Positions 1-9,499 are shown, counted from the first letter of the stretch. The stretch is DNA of 58,215 nt from Candidatus Niyogibacteria bacterium (GCA_016181935.1 JACOYI010000002.1:1-58215), one strand, 5' to 3'. The notes: generated by a model not told the origin, from the letters alone. A program made the numbers and translations.

Positions 1-378
1 GGAAACTGGAGGAGAAATCATAAAACCGGATGATATTCCGGATTCGGGTCCGCCGACTGGCTGAGATGGTTCTGCCGGAACATTCAATGTCGGGGGCGGC
101 GCGAACTTTTCGGATGGGACAACAACATTCTGAACCGAGCGCACAACATTTTCCTGCGTAGAACGCGCTTTTTCTCCGGCTCGTTCTCCCAACGAGCGTG
201 GAAGGGATTCGATGGTTCGACCAAGCTCACCATAAAGGGAGGACCATAGGGTTTGGGCAAGCAGGGCGGGTTGATGAACCATCTTTGAAGGTAATTCGGA
301 GAACGACCGAACAAGCGTTGGTTCTCCCAACGCAAAACCCGTGGCAAATAACACAAAAATAGCGACAAGCCGCGTCAC
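1..378 (-). CDS. Hypothetical exported/membrane-anchored protein, 5' part (runs off window edge)
   Basis: Manual translation from GTG 378 (MTRLVAIFVLFATGFALGEP...) is open for 126 codons to base 1; TATAAT 9 nt upstream; hydrophobic N-terminus; absent from the ORF track because it has no stop in the window. Confidence 0.6.
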   Translation of the reverse strand, partial: MTRLVAIFVLFATGFALGEPTLVRSFSELPSKMVHQPALLAQTLWSSLYGELGRTIESLPRSLGERAGEKARSTQENVVRSVQNVVVPSEKFAPPPTLNVPAEPSQPVGGPESGISSGFMISPPVS

Positions 379-443
379 AATACTTTTATTATAAAAGAAA
401 ACGGCCCGCGGAGGGCCGTTGAAGGTGGGGATAAATAAAAAAA

Positions 444-477
444 CCGTCCTGCACCTTGCGCCCAAGGTGCAGGACGG
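444..477 (-). terminator. Intrinsic terminator, near-identical to 44035-44066
   Basis: ccgtcctgcaccttg-cgcc-caaggtgcaggacgg, U-tract on minus strand. Confidence 0.7.
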
Positions 478-905
478 CTATTCTGTGACTTTTCTCAACC
501 AATTCGTTGCATTCCATCCGCCTCCCGGGTATGGGATCACGCCCCAATCCGCCAAGCTGATGGATTCGTTTCGGAATCCCCTCTCGTCTTTCAAAAAAAC
601 TTTGATCCGTAGCGACCCATCCTTTTCATCCACATAAGGCGCCTGCACGACCCGTCGGACATCCGAACAAGGACATCCGAACAAATATCGCGCCTGCATA
701 TCATCACCGGCACACCGTACCGCAGCTGGTCAAGCGAACGAATCTGGCTCGGCCCGAAATCCGGGCGCTCGGAAACGATACCGGGATTTGTGAGTCGGGG
801 TTCATCGGTATGTACGATCTCCATCTTGATCAGCAACATCATCACCGCAAACACGATACCGGCGCCGGCACAGAAACCGGAAACGAGAAGTTTGGGAGGA
901 AACAT
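478..905 (-). pseudogene. Membrane-anchored hypothetical protein frameshifted by a 14-bp tandem duplication
   Basis: ORFs 591..905 and 478..699 join into one 137-aa frame if one copy of ggacatccgaacaa (657-670/671-684) is removed; SD-like GAGGTG before ATG 905. Confidence 0.7.
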
Positions 906-982
906 AGAGCACCTCTTTGGAATGATTTAGAAAACAAAATCCGCGTCCATTATGTGGCGAAGCGCGCTTTTCGTCAAGACAA

Positions 983-1038
983 AGGGAACCCAAAGGGTAG
1001 TCCTGCGGGTCAGAAAAGGACTACCCTTTGGGTTCCCT
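983..1038. repeat. REP-like palindrome, family P
   Basis: Perfect inverted repeat gggaacccaaagggtagtcct...aggactaccctttgggttccc after ftsZ. Confidence 0.85.
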
Positions 1039-1046
1039 CCCTTTCA

Positions 1047-2183
1047 TTACTTCTTCGAGCGGCGCAAAAAGGCGGGAACGGATTCCCAATCCTCGTTGTC
1101 TTTTGGAGCGACGCCCGATAATGATTCGGACGCCGAAACAGTTCCCGAATGCGGCGACGCTTTCGGCGGCCGCTCGCTTGAAAAAAGCTTTTTGATGCGT
1201 CCCTCCTCCGGAAAACCGGACGCGATGACGGTGATTTTGATCTCGTCTTTTTTCAGCGTTTCGTCATGGAACGCGCCAAAAATGACTTTCGCGTCTTTAT
1301 CGATGGATTCCGTGACCACGCGCGCCGCCTCCTGAATCTCCCACATGGTCATGTCTTCGCCGCCCGACACCGAGAAAAGAACGCCCCGCGCGCCGTCGAT
1401 CGAAAGATCCAGAAGCGGCGACGTAATGGCGAGCCGCGCGGCTTCTTCGGCGCGTTTCTCCCCCGTGGAACGCCCCACACCCATGAGCGCCGTCCCCGAA
1501 CCCTGCAACACGGCGCGCACATCGGAAAAATCCACATTCACGATGCCCGGATAGGTAATGAGGTCCGAGATGCCCTGCACGGCCTGACGCAACACTTCAT
1601 CGCACAACGCGAATGCCGAAATGAACGGCGTGTTTTTGTCGACGGCCGTGAGCAGACGGTCATTCGGAATGATGATCATCGCGTCCACATGATCCTTGAG
1701 ACGCATCAATCCGTCTTCCGCGATCTGCGTACGCTGTGCGCCTTCAAATGAAAACGGCTTTGTCACGACGCCCACGGTAAGAATGCCGGTGTCATGCGCG
1801 AGTTGCGCGACCACGGGCGCCGCACCCGTTCCCGTGCCGCCGCCGAATCCGCATGTGATAAAAATAAGATCCGCGCCTTTGAGTGATTCCTGAATTTCTG
1901 CTTTATTTTCGTCGGCCGCCTGTTTGCCGACTTCCGGATTCATCCCCGCGCCCAATCCCCGCGTCAAACTTTGGCCGATGTGGATCTTTTTCGGCATCAA
2001 ACTGTGATGCAGATCCTGCGCATCGGTATTGATGCCAATAAAATCAACGCCTTTTACTTTATTGCGGATCATGTGATCCACGGCGTTGAGCCCGGATCCG
2101 CCGACGCCGATCACTTTGATTCGCGCAAATGTTTCGATTTCCGGTTTAACTTGTGGCATAGATTCGCTCACACGAATGGTCAT
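1047..2183 (-). CDS. ftsZ: Cell division protein FtsZ
   Basis: IKVIGVGGSG, GGGTGTG tubulin signature, C-terminal VPAFLRR. Confidence 0.99.
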   Translation of the reverse strand: MTIRVSESMPQVKPEIETFARIKVIGVGGSGLNAVDHMIRNKVKGVDFIGINTDAQDLHHSLMPKKIHIGQSLTRGLGAGMNPEVGKQAADENKAEIQESLKGADLIFITCGFGGGTGTGAAPVVAQLAHDTGILTVGVVTKPFSFEGAQRTQIAEDGLMRLKDHVDAMIIIPNDRLLTAVDKNTPFISAFALCDEVLRQAVQGISDLITYPGIVNVDFSDVRAVLQGSGTALMGVGRSTGEKRAEEAARLAITSPLLDLSIDGARGVLFSVSGGEDMTMWEIQEAARVVTESIDKDAKVIFGAFHDETLKKDEIKITVIASGFPEEGRIKKLFSSERPPKASPHSGTVSASESLSGVAPKDNEDWESVPAFLRRSKK

Positions 2184-2273
2184 TGAATTAACATATCCAC
2201 CTTACAGAACAAAAATTGACGTTGCAACTGGACAACGCCATCTCTGCAATGTCTGGTTAAATAAGAGGTCTCC

Positions 2274-2312
2274 TAAGGGTAGTCCTTAGGAATCCGATAA
2301 GGACTACCCTTA
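2274..2312. repeat. REP-like palindrome, family P
   Basis: taagggtagtcctta...taaggactaccctta; contains the ftsA stop codon. Confidence 0.85.
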
Positions 2313-3476
2313 CGGCAAAAGCGATTTGATCCACCGCCAAACGAAGTTTCCCGCTTTATGCGTCAATTCAAAGCCCAATTCCGGCCTGCCTCGGACTCCA
2401 TCCTGAGCCAAGAGGCAAAGCCCCACGGCGGTCGCCCATTGTGAATTTTGAACACCCATCGGCAGTACGGCGTCCTGCAGCGCTCCGATCTGCGCCGGCA
2501 ATTCCAAGCAATCCTTGGTAAAATCGATAAGTTCCGCGAGCTGCGATCCCCCGCCCGTGACGACAACACCGGCCGGCAGCAGCCGTTCGCGCTCGATCTT
2601 TTTTAAATGTTTGTTGGTCAGGTCGAAAATATCCGACAGGCGCGCCGATACGATCTCGGCCAATTGTTTTTTGGCCGACATCGTGCGCGCATCAAAAACC
2701 TGCTTCAATTCTTCCGCGCGTTCCAGATCCATTTTAAATCCAATGGCAAGATCATGCGTGATGTTCGCGGACCCGTACGGCAATACTTCGAGCGAAATGG
2801 GAATGCCTTCCTCGAAAACCGCGAGCGATACCGTGGAAGCGCCGATATCAATGAGCAACGTCCCGACCTCTTTATAACGACGGGGAATGATGGCGCGCGC
2901 CGCCGCCAGCGGACCCGCCATGATATCCGTGACAACGATACCCGCGAGTTCTGCCGAACGCATAAGATTCCGCACGTCTTTTTGAAGCGCCGTGACAAAA
3001 AGCGCCTCGCATTCGATCTTGGAACCGGTCATGCCGACCGGACTCGCGGTTTTAATGCCGCCGTCGATCGTATAAACGAGCGGGATCGAGTGGAGAATTT
3101 CGCGATTCGACAACGGTTCGAGATTCGCTTGCGCGGCCTCAATGGAGCGGCGCGCATCGTGTTCCGAGATCTCGCCCGACGCTCTCGATACCGCCGCAAG
3201 CCCTTTCGAGCGCATCGCCGCAAGATCCACGCCACCCGCCGAGAGCGTCGCTGATTTGATCCTGAATCCCGCCTGCTTTTCGGCTCGGCGCAAAGCCGCG
3301 ATCATGCTTTTCGATGCCGCATCCGCATCCACGATCTTTCCTTTGCGAACACCGAACGATTCCGCGATTCCCATTCCTAAAATAGAAAGGGTGCCGGACG
3401 AACGATCAACGGCGCTCGCAACGCATTGCGTTGTTTGCGAACCGATATCGATGCCTACCGCAATGCGTTTAACCAT
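2310..3476 (-). CDS. ftsA: Cell division protein FtsA
   Basis: GIDIGS, DIGAST, VVTGGGS actin-like ATPase motifs; upstream of ftsZ. Confidence 0.97.
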   Translation of the reverse strand: MVKRIAVGIDIGSQTTQCVASAVDRSSGTLSILGMGIAESFGVRKGKIVDADAASKSMIAALRRAEKQAGFRIKSATLSAGGVDLAAMRSKGLAAVSRASGEISEHDARRSIEAAQANLEPLSNREILHSIPLVYTIDGGIKTASPVGMTGSKIECEALFVTALQKDVRNLMRSAELAGIVVTDIMAGPLAAARAIIPRRYKEVGTLLIDIGASTVSLAVFEEGIPISLEVLPYGSANITHDLAIGFKMDLERAEELKQVFDARTMSAKKQLAEIVSARLSDIFDLTNKHLKKIERERLLPAGVVVTGGGSQLAELIDFTKDCLELPAQIGALQDAVLPMGVQNSQWATAVGLCLLAQDGVRGRPELGFELTHKAGNFVWRWIKSLLP

Positions 3477-3853
3477 TTTTTCTCTTCGTTATCCATACGA
3501 GCGCCGGCGCGCTTCGTATCGTGATCGAATCCTTTTAAATGCAGAAGGGCGTGGATATAGAGATACCGGACATACTGTTGATAGGACAGTTGACGTTCGG
3601 GGGCTTCGCGACGCGCAACCGTTAGATCCATGAAAATCTCGCCCTCATTCTTCCCCAACGGGAACGCCAGCACATTTGTGGTCGCCGATTTTTTGCGATA
3701 GGTGCGGTTGAGCGTTTTCATGTATTTCGAATCCGTAAATACCAGACTTAATTCGTACCGCGTTCCCAGTATTTTATTTTTAGCCGTCTCCCATGCAATG
3801 CGCGGCGGCTTTTGGCGCGCAAGCGACCGAATAGCAACTGGCATACAAATCAC
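3455..3853 (-). CDS. ybeY: rRNA maturation endoribonuclease YbeY
   Basis: LNRTYRKK..TNVLAF, HALLHLKGFDH. Confidence 0.95.
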   Translation of the reverse strand: MICMPVAIRSLARQKPPRIAWETAKNKILGTRYELSLVFTDSKYMKTLNRTYRKKSATTNVLAFPLGKNEGEIFMDLTVARREAPERQLSYQQYVRYLYIHALLHLKGFDHDTKRAGARMDNEEKKWLNALR

Positions 3854-4302
3854 GCGCCGAGCGCTTTTTTAATCGCCGCGCTCACCCTGAACCCGTCCGC
3901 GCGCCCTTTCAGCTTCGCCATCGCCGCTTTCATTGCCTTCCCGAAATCCGCGGGGCTTGCCGCGCCGGTTTCCCCGATCGCATCCCGCACCGCATTTTCA
4001 ATGTCTTCATCCGTTGCTTCTGCCGGAAGATAGGGTTGGATCATTTCGATCTCCGTTTTTTCTTGCGCCGCAAGTTCTGGGCGCCCGCCTTTTTCAAATT
4101 CGGCAACCGAATCGCGGCGTTTGCGGACCTCGGTCTGTAAAACCGCGATACTCTCGTCATCCGAAAGGCCGGTATCTTTTTTCTGCTTTTCGATCTCCTT
4201 GTTGCGGATCGCGGAGACGACCATCCGCAATACGGAAACACGCCGAGATTCACCCGCTTTCAATGCGTTTTTCAGATCATTTTCCAGCTTTTCCTTGATC
4301 AT
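3850..4302 (-). CDS. yqeY: GatB/YqeY domain protein
   Basis: KRRDSVAEFEKGGRPELAAQE, YLP; start taken at MIKEKL. Confidence 0.93.
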   Translation of the reverse strand: MIKEKLENDLKNALKAGESRRVSVLRMVVSAIRNKEIEKQKKDTGLSDDESIAVLQTEVRKRRDSVAEFEKGGRPELAAQEKTEIEMIQPYLPAEATDEDIENAVRDAIGETGAASPADFGKAMKAAMAKLKGRADGFRVSAAIKKALGA

Positions 4303-4465
4303 CCGCGCGATTTTTCTATCAGTATGAATCCATCGTATCACAGGCCGTCCGCCCGCCCCCTGTGCAGAACCTGTGATTAACCCCGCCTGAATTTCGTCGA
4401 AATGTGGGCGGGTAAAACGAAAAACCGCTTCGGCAAAAGAGCCGAAGCGGTAAAATTAGGAATGT

Positions 4466-4990
4466 TTATATACCGGAGACAACAGGAAGCGCGCGTACTC
4501 TGCACAGTTTTTTCCATTCTTGCATGACGAGTTCGTTGATCGAATTTCCGAAGGGCGGCTTGTAAATCGTGATTCTATCCTCATCGGGAGTTGTCTGAAG
4601 TCCATCCCCATTCCGATGGCCAGGCGCATGTTGAATAATGATGAGCGCATCGGTACCCGCTTCAGTGCTCGGAAGAGCTCGACTCCCTGAATATGCAACT
4701 CCGTCGGGATAACAATAGAGCGCATCTACGAGCGCCTGCGTTCCTTCGAGCTGCACGGCATAAAGCCAATCTTTCCAACAATGATCCAGCTTCTCTACGT
4801 TATGCTGAAAAACTTTATGTTCTTCAGGATTCACGATTTGGAGGAGTGCTTCACGGTCAAGCCGCTTCACTTTAATGACTTGTGTTCCGCCGGTTCGCGT
4901 TCCGGTCCAATCCTGGAACACACCCCACAGATATGGAAACTCTCTCCAAAACGACCGATGCTTTCGCCACGAAGCGCTTGTTGAGAACAT
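4466..4990 (-). CDS. Hypothetical protein (accessory, inserted between rpsU and yqeY)
   Basis: Open frame; ATG 4990 preceded by GGGAG; promoter TTGATT-16-TACAAT at 5119-5092; hairpin ~4421-4455 downstream; start uncertain. Confidence 0.65.
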   Translation of the reverse strand: MFSTSASWRKHRSFWREFPYLWGVFQDWTGTRTGGTQVIKVKRLDREALLQIVNPEEHKVFQHNVEKLDHCWKDWLYAVQLEGTQALVDALYCYPDGVAYSGSRALPSTEAGTDALIIIQHAPGHRNGDGLQTTPDEDRITIYKPPFGNSINELVMQEWKKLCRVRALPVVSGI

Positions 4991-5140
4991 GCCTGATCTC
5001 CCATCTTTGACCGTCACGGTCTGGCACGGTACTTTTGCCACGGGCCGCGTGGCGCGGGGCCTTGGAAAAAATCCTTGGCCATCCACCTCGCATTGTAGTA
5101 GCTCAAAATGAAAAATCAAGCGCTTTTTTTGCTCGAAACC

Positions 5141-5171
5141 AAAAACCACCAGCCTTGGGCTGGTGGTTTTT
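5141..5171 (-). terminator. rpsU terminator (bidirectional hairpin)
   Basis: aaaaaccaccagcc-ttg-ggctggtggttttt. Confidence 0.75.
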
Positions 5172-5406
5172 ACTTCGGGCGTCCTTTGCGTTCCGGCAGT
5201 TTTCCGAGCTTTTTCAAGCGCTCATATTCCTTGTGGCGCTTCAGGCGGAACATCGCGGATTTGCGCCGTTTGTAGGCCGACGGCAAACGCGCGCGGAATT
5301 GGTTCTTGCGCGCCTCCACCAAAATGCCGGCTTGTTGGAGCCGTTTTGTGAAGCGGCGCAACGCCGCAAGCGCTGATTCATTATCGTGTCGTTTGATTTC
5401 CACCAT
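5170..5406 (-). CDS. rpsU: 30S ribosomal protein S21
   Basis: MVEIKRHDNES..ALRRFTKRLQQAGILVEAR; basic; start corrected. Confidence 0.9.
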   Translation of the reverse strand: MVEIKRHDNESALAALRRFTKRLQQAGILVEARKNQFRARLPSAYKRRKSAMFRLKRHKEYERLKKLGKLPERKGRPK

Positions 5407-5425
5407 GCCAAATTTATGCGAACGG

Positions 5426-5571
5426 ATTCCGCAATCGATTTTAGAAGCCCCGCAAGCGCTTTGCACGGTGTTTTTTGGTTATGCTTTCTTCGGAACCAAA
5501 AAACAAAGCGCTGAGGACGGAGATTGAATTTCGCTGGAAATTCAAGCGTATTCTAAAATTGATCGCGGAAT
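5426..5571. mobile_element. MITE-like structured element, family B copy 1
   Basis: Terminal IR attccgcaatcgattttagaa/ttctaaaattgatcgcggaat; reverse-complement homolog of 25436-25575 and 39902-40058. Confidence 0.8.
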
Positions 5572-5584
5572 TCGGGATGCGTCA

Positions 5585-5899
5585 TTAACTCGCTATTAAA
5601 TGTAAATGCACGTGATCGATCACCTGTCCCCCGTCCCTGCCGACATTAAAAAGAAGCTTGTATCCCGCTAGGTTTTCCCGCGCTGCGGCATCCCGCGCCG
5701 CAAGGATCAACCCTCCAAAGAGCGCGCGGTCGCCGTCCGTCGCGTCTTTCACCGACGCAATGTGTTTCTTGGGAACGACCAGCAAATGCACGCGCGCCTT
5801 GGGATTCGCGTCCTTAAAGATCACCACCTCGTCCGTTTCAAAAACGACCTCAGCCGGACGCTTCTTTTCGGCGATCTCGCAAAAAAGGCACCCTTCCAT
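5585..5899 (-). CDS. HIT family (Hint) nucleotide-binding protein
   Basis: CLFC, GGQVIDHVHLHL. Confidence 0.95.
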   Translation of the reverse strand: MEGCLFCEIAEKKRPAEVVFETDEVVIFKDANPKARVHLLVVPKKHIASVKDATDGDRALFGGLILAARDAAARENLAGYKLLFNVGRDGGQVIDHVHLHLIAS

Positions 5900-5903
5900 A
5901 CGC

Positions 5904-7289
5904 TTAGCTATTCTTCATTTTTTTCTTCAAATGGTCAAGCACCTTCTTCTGATACACCGATTCCTGCGTTCCCGATCCCATATCGCGCACGATGACCGTA
6001 CCGTCAAGCGCCTCTTTCTGCCCGATGATCAGGGCATACGCCGCACCCAGCTTATTCGCAAGGTCCAATTGCGTGCGAAGATTATCCCTGGAAAACGACT
6101 GCGCCACGCCGAACCGCGATTTGCGCAACTGCTCAAAAAGGACCAAACTTTTGCGTTTTGCCTGCGCGCCGATCTGCACCAAAAACACGGCCGGCGCTTT
6201 TTCTTTGAACGGAACGATCTTTCGTTCTTTTAACTCATCAACGATGCGGTCAAGCCCCAGCGCCCCTCCGACTCCCGGAACTTTACGATCGCCCATGACT
6301 TCGGCCAGATAGTCATACCGGCCGCCGGCGGCGAGCGCGATCGGCGCCGCGTTTTCTTTTTCTTTCTCTTTCTCTTTTTGCGGCTCCGTTTTTTCCCCGC
6401 CCGTTTCCGTCGATGCATCGTCTGCTTTTTCTTTTTTCGTGTCCGCATCCGCGTCCGCAAAAATCTCAAACACGGTGCGCGAATAGTAATCAAGCCCGCG
6501 CACCAGATGCGGAGCGATTTTGTAGGGGATTTCAAAATCGTCAAGAAATTCGAGGACCAGTTTAAAATGCGCGCGGCAACTCAAGCACGCATAGCTCATC
6601 ATTTGCGGCGCATCGGCCCGAACCTCGACGCACATCGGATTTTTGCAATCCAAGAGGCGCAACGGGTTTTCTTTCAGCCGCCGTTTGCAATCGCGACATA
6701 TAGAATTCACCTTACGGCGATAATATGCCACAAGCTCTTTCCGGAATTCGCCGCGACATTCCTTGTCGCCCAGCGTATTCACGTGAACTGTGAATTTTTT
6801 AAAGCCCAATTCCTGCAAAATAAGCGCGAACACGTGGATGATGTACGCATCGGACAGGCCGGATTCTTCGCCCATGATCTCCACGCCGAACTGGCCGAAT
6901 TCGCGCCAGCGTCCGCGCTGGGGATTTTCATGCCGGAAAAATGAACCCGAATAGTAGAGCATTACCGGCTGGGGCCATGTGTGCATGCCATGCTCAAAAT
7001 ACGCGCGCATCATGGGAACCGTGCCTTCCGGGCGCAGCACGAGCGCGTCGCCACCCCGCGTTTTGAACGCATACATTTGTTTTTCCACGATATCCGACGT
7101 TTCGCCGAGCGTCAGGCCGAAAAGCTCCGCTTTTTCAACGTGCGGCGTGCGGATCGGTTTGAACCCGTAGGAACGCGCGATATCCTCGGCTTTTGTTTCC
7201 ACCGCTTTCCAATATAAAAGATCGTGCGGAAGAATATCCCGCATGCCTTTCGGTGTCTGCAATAATTCCTTTTTATTTTTTATTTTCAT
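5904..7289 (-). CDS. hisS: Histidine--tRNA ligase
   Basis: PKGMRD, LRPEGT, FRHENPQRGR, LVRGLDYY, GGRYD. Confidence 0.98.
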   Translation of the reverse strand: MKIKNKKELLQTPKGMRDILPHDLLYWKAVETKAEDIARSYGFKPIRTPHVEKAELFGLTLGETSDIVEKQMYAFKTRGGDALVLRPEGTVPMMRAYFEHGMHTWPQPVMLYYSGSFFRHENPQRGRWREFGQFGVEIMGEESGLSDAYIIHVFALILQELGFKKFTVHVNTLGDKECRGEFRKELVAYYRRKVNSICRDCKRRLKENPLRLLDCKNPMCVEVRADAPQMMSYACLSCRAHFKLVLEFLDDFEIPYKIAPHLVRGLDYYSRTVFEIFADADADTKKEKADDASTETGGEKTEPQKEKEKEKENAAPIALAAGGRYDYLAEVMGDRKVPGVGGALGLDRIVDELKERKIVPFKEKAPAVFLVQIGAQAKRKSLVLFEQLRKSRFGVAQSFSRDNLRTQLDLANKLGAAYALIIGQKEALDGTVIVRDMGSGTQESVYQKKVLDHLKKKMKNS

Positions 7290-7301
7290 CCCGTTAACGA
7301 T

Positions 7302-7784
7302 CTATCGTAAAAATTCCGCCGCTTCCGCAAATCCCGGCTCGTATGCAAATGCTCTGGGCGGCCAAAGGCGCAACAACGCGCGTCCCGTGATATTGTCGCG
7401 CGGAAGCGCGCCGAATGAACGCGAATCCAGACTTTGGAGGCGGTTATCGCCCATCACGAAGTATTCATCCGCGGCCAGCTTCCATTCACGGCCGTCCACG
7501 ATCACCTCCTCGCTCGGAAGCCCCACAATGCGCTTGATGAAAAACTTGGATGGGTCATTCGGATACCGGAACACGATCACCTCCCCCTTCCGGGGTTCAC
7601 GGATAAAGGTATAAGTAAACTCGTCAATAATCAAATAGTCGCCCGATTCGAACGTCGGCACCATGGACGCGCCCGACACGATAAAGGGTTGGGCGACATA
7701 GATACGGATCGGCAAAACGACGACCAATACGACGAGGGCGAACTTGATGATCTCCCATGCGCCGCCGAATAATTTCGAAATCAT
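7302..7784 (-). CDS. lepB: Signal peptidase I
   Basis: VSGASMVPT, FIKRIVGLP, GDNR..SLDSR. Confidence 0.96.
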   Translation of the reverse strand: MISKLFGGAWEIIKFALVVLVVVLPIRIYVAQPFIVSGASMVPTFESGDYLIIDEFTYTFIREPRKGEVIVFRYPNDPSKFFIKRIVGLPSEEVIVDGREWKLAADEYFVMGDNRLQSLDSRSFGALPRDNITGRALLRLWPPRAFAYEPGFAEAAEFLR

Positions 7785-7792
7785 TGTTCTCC

Positions 7793-7820
7793 ATTATACC
7801 AAAAATAGGCGGAAAATCAA
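7793..7820 (-). promoter_or_regulatory. sigma70-like promoter of lepB (near-leaderless)
   Basis: TTGATT-16-TATAAT, ATG 8 nt downstream. Confidence 0.6.
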
Positions 7821-7870
7821 GGGCGTGCGGGTCCGTTGGCTCGCGCGCGCCTTTCGCGTAGAATACGCTT

Positions 7871-8422
7871 ATGAAAATCGTTCTGGGACTCGGGAATCCG
7901 GGGGCGGAATACGAAAAAACGCGCCATAACGCGGGTGCGCTGGCTCTGCAATACGCCGCGCGCAAGTTTGAATTTTCGGATTGGGCGGGCGCCAAAAAAT
8001 ACGAATCGCTCGCCGCGGAGGGAAAAATCGCGGGCGAAAAATTCCTGTTTCTGTTCCCGCAAACCTTTATGAACAATTCCGGAAAAACGGCGCGCGGCAT
8101 AAACCCCAAAAATCTCACGGTCGTTCACGATGACATGGATCTGGCGCTCGGCGTCATAAAAATCTCGTTCGGGCGCGGCTCGGGCGGACACAAAGGCGTG
8201 GAATCCATTATCCGCGCATTGAAATCGCGCGATTTCGCCCGCATCCGCATCGGCATCGCGCCCAAAGTAAAACCCGACCACAAAAAAATGCCGGACTTTC
8301 TCACCTCCCCCTTCCGCGCGGACGAACTCAAAAAATTATCGCCGGTTTTTAAAAAAGTTTCGGAAGCTCTCGAATGCATCGCCTCGGACGGCATTCCGCG
8401 CGCCATGAACCGGTTCAATTAA
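7871..8422 (+). CDS. pth: Peptidyl-tRNA hydrolase
   Basis: GLGNPG..Y..TRHNAG, FMNNSG, HDDMDL, GGHKG. Confidence 0.97.
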   Translation: MKIVLGLGNPGAEYEKTRHNAGALALQYAARKFEFSDWAGAKKYESLAAEGKIAGEKFLFLFPQTFMNNSGKTARGINPKNLTVVHDDMDLALGVIKISFGRGSGGHKGVESIIRALKSRDFARIRIGIAPKVKPDHKKMPDFLTSPFRADELKKLSPVFKKVSEALECIASDGIPRAMNRFN

Positions 8423-8435
8423 AAAATCCCAAGAG

Positions 8436-8816
8436 CTATCTCTTGGGAGAATGGTTTCGTACAACCGCTTCTACAGCAGAAAACAAAAACACGCCCATTA
8501 TAGCGCCTGACAAAAGAAGAAAATCGTAATCGGTCATCCAGCGATGACCCATCCAGTAAAGTACCCGTAATCCGACGCCGAACCCCACTAAAAATTTAGC
8601 TGAAGCGATACACAATTTCTTAAGAGTCTTTTTGTCTGACCAGCCGATTTTCAGCATCGCTGTAAAGGAGACGACAACGACAAGCGCCAAGCTCCACCCT
8701 AAATACTCAGGCAACGGAATGTGAATATAAAAGAACGTGGATGCGAAGGTGGCGCTCGCCATTGCTAAACACGAAAAAAGAAATACTTTTGTTTTTTGTA
8801 ATTCTTCAGCATTCAT
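8436..8816 (-). CDS. Hypothetical 4-TM membrane protein (accessory)
   Basis: Four hydrophobic segments; GGGAGG before ATG 8816; lower GC. Confidence 0.7.
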   Translation of the reverse strand: MNAEELQKTKVFLFSCLAMASATFASTFFYIHIPLPEYLGWSLALVVVVSFTAMLKIGWSDKKTLKKLCIASAKFLVGFGVGLRVLYWMGHRWMTDYDFLLLSGAIMGVFLFSAVEAVVRNHSPKR

Positions 8817-8851
8817 TGCGCCTCCCAATAGGACGCTGTTGAACTCCAACC

Positions 8852-8882
8852 GCACTTTACGCTATTTTCCCTAAAATGCAAG
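8852..8882 (-). promoter_or_regulatory. Duplicated promoter, copy 1
   Basis: 31 bp identical to 9469-9499; minus strand TTGCAT-16-TAAAGT. Confidence 0.65.
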
Positions 8883-8959
8883 AGCTGGCTCATTCAAAAA
8901 GAAGCCGGCATTTTTATTCATTCGCATCAAAAAACCCGCGCAAAGCGCGGGTTGTTCGC

Positions 8960-9424
8960 TTAGAAGCGAGCCCGAAGACCAAGCGCATGGGCGCTCGAAT
9001 CAACGAACGAATACCACCGGACGTGTTCATAAAAAATCTCCAACACGTAGACTCCGAGCGCCGCGCCAAAAGTAATTTTCTGGGCGTTGTCCGACTGACG
9101 CTCCACTACGCCTTCGGAATTTTTGAAATTCCCCCGCATTGTCCCGATCCCCCATTCCGCATACCCATAAATAGATGGGATTCCATACCCGATCTGCGCT
9201 GTCAAAAATGCTCCTCGCATATCATCAACAGCATCAATATCGACACCGACATCAATCGCGGGAATGATCACGAACGGAGGAAGAATCGAAATGCCGGCGG
9301 AAAGGCCGACCCCTCCGTCAAGATAAGGCCCCACGGAAACGTATCGCGAGATTTCCGCTTTTGCGACCGTAGAAAAAAGAAAGAAAAGGAACGCAACGAA
9401 CGATATCCGTACGATTTTTGACAT
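8960..9424 (-). CDS. Putative small outer-membrane beta-barrel-like protein
   Basis: Signal peptide ending AKA, Gly/aromatic alternating strands, C-terminal ALGLRARF; GGGAG SD. Confidence 0.6.
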   Translation of the reverse strand: MSKIVRISFVAFLFFLFSTVAKAEISRYVSVGPYLDGGVGLSAGISILPPFVIIPAIDVGVDIDAVDDMRGAFLTAQIGYGIPSIYGYAEWGIGTMRGNFKNSEGVVERQSDNAQKITFGAALGVYVLEIFYEHVRWYSFVDSSAHALGLRARF

Positions 9425-9468
9425 CTATTCTCTCCCGCTGGTTGGTTGTAAAGATTCAACTCCACCTT

Positions 9469-9499
9469 GCACTTTACGCTATTTTCCCTAAAATGCAAG
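9469..9499. promoter_or_regulatory. Duplicated promoter, copy 2 (bidirectional; + strand TTGCAC-16-TAAAAT toward mfd)
   Basis: Identical to 8852-8882. Confidence 0.65.

Noticed and set aside
84-368. 94-aa ORF in the track
   Set aside because: Shadow of a better overlapping frame (1..378) that has a signal-like N-terminus and a -10 box.
444-477. Integron attC site
   Set aside because: No GTTRRRY/RYYYAAC boxes and no integrase; fits a terminator better.
6330-6460. Charged low-complexity insert in HisS as an intein or mobile element
   Set aside because: No intein motifs or palindrome; likely a variable loop.
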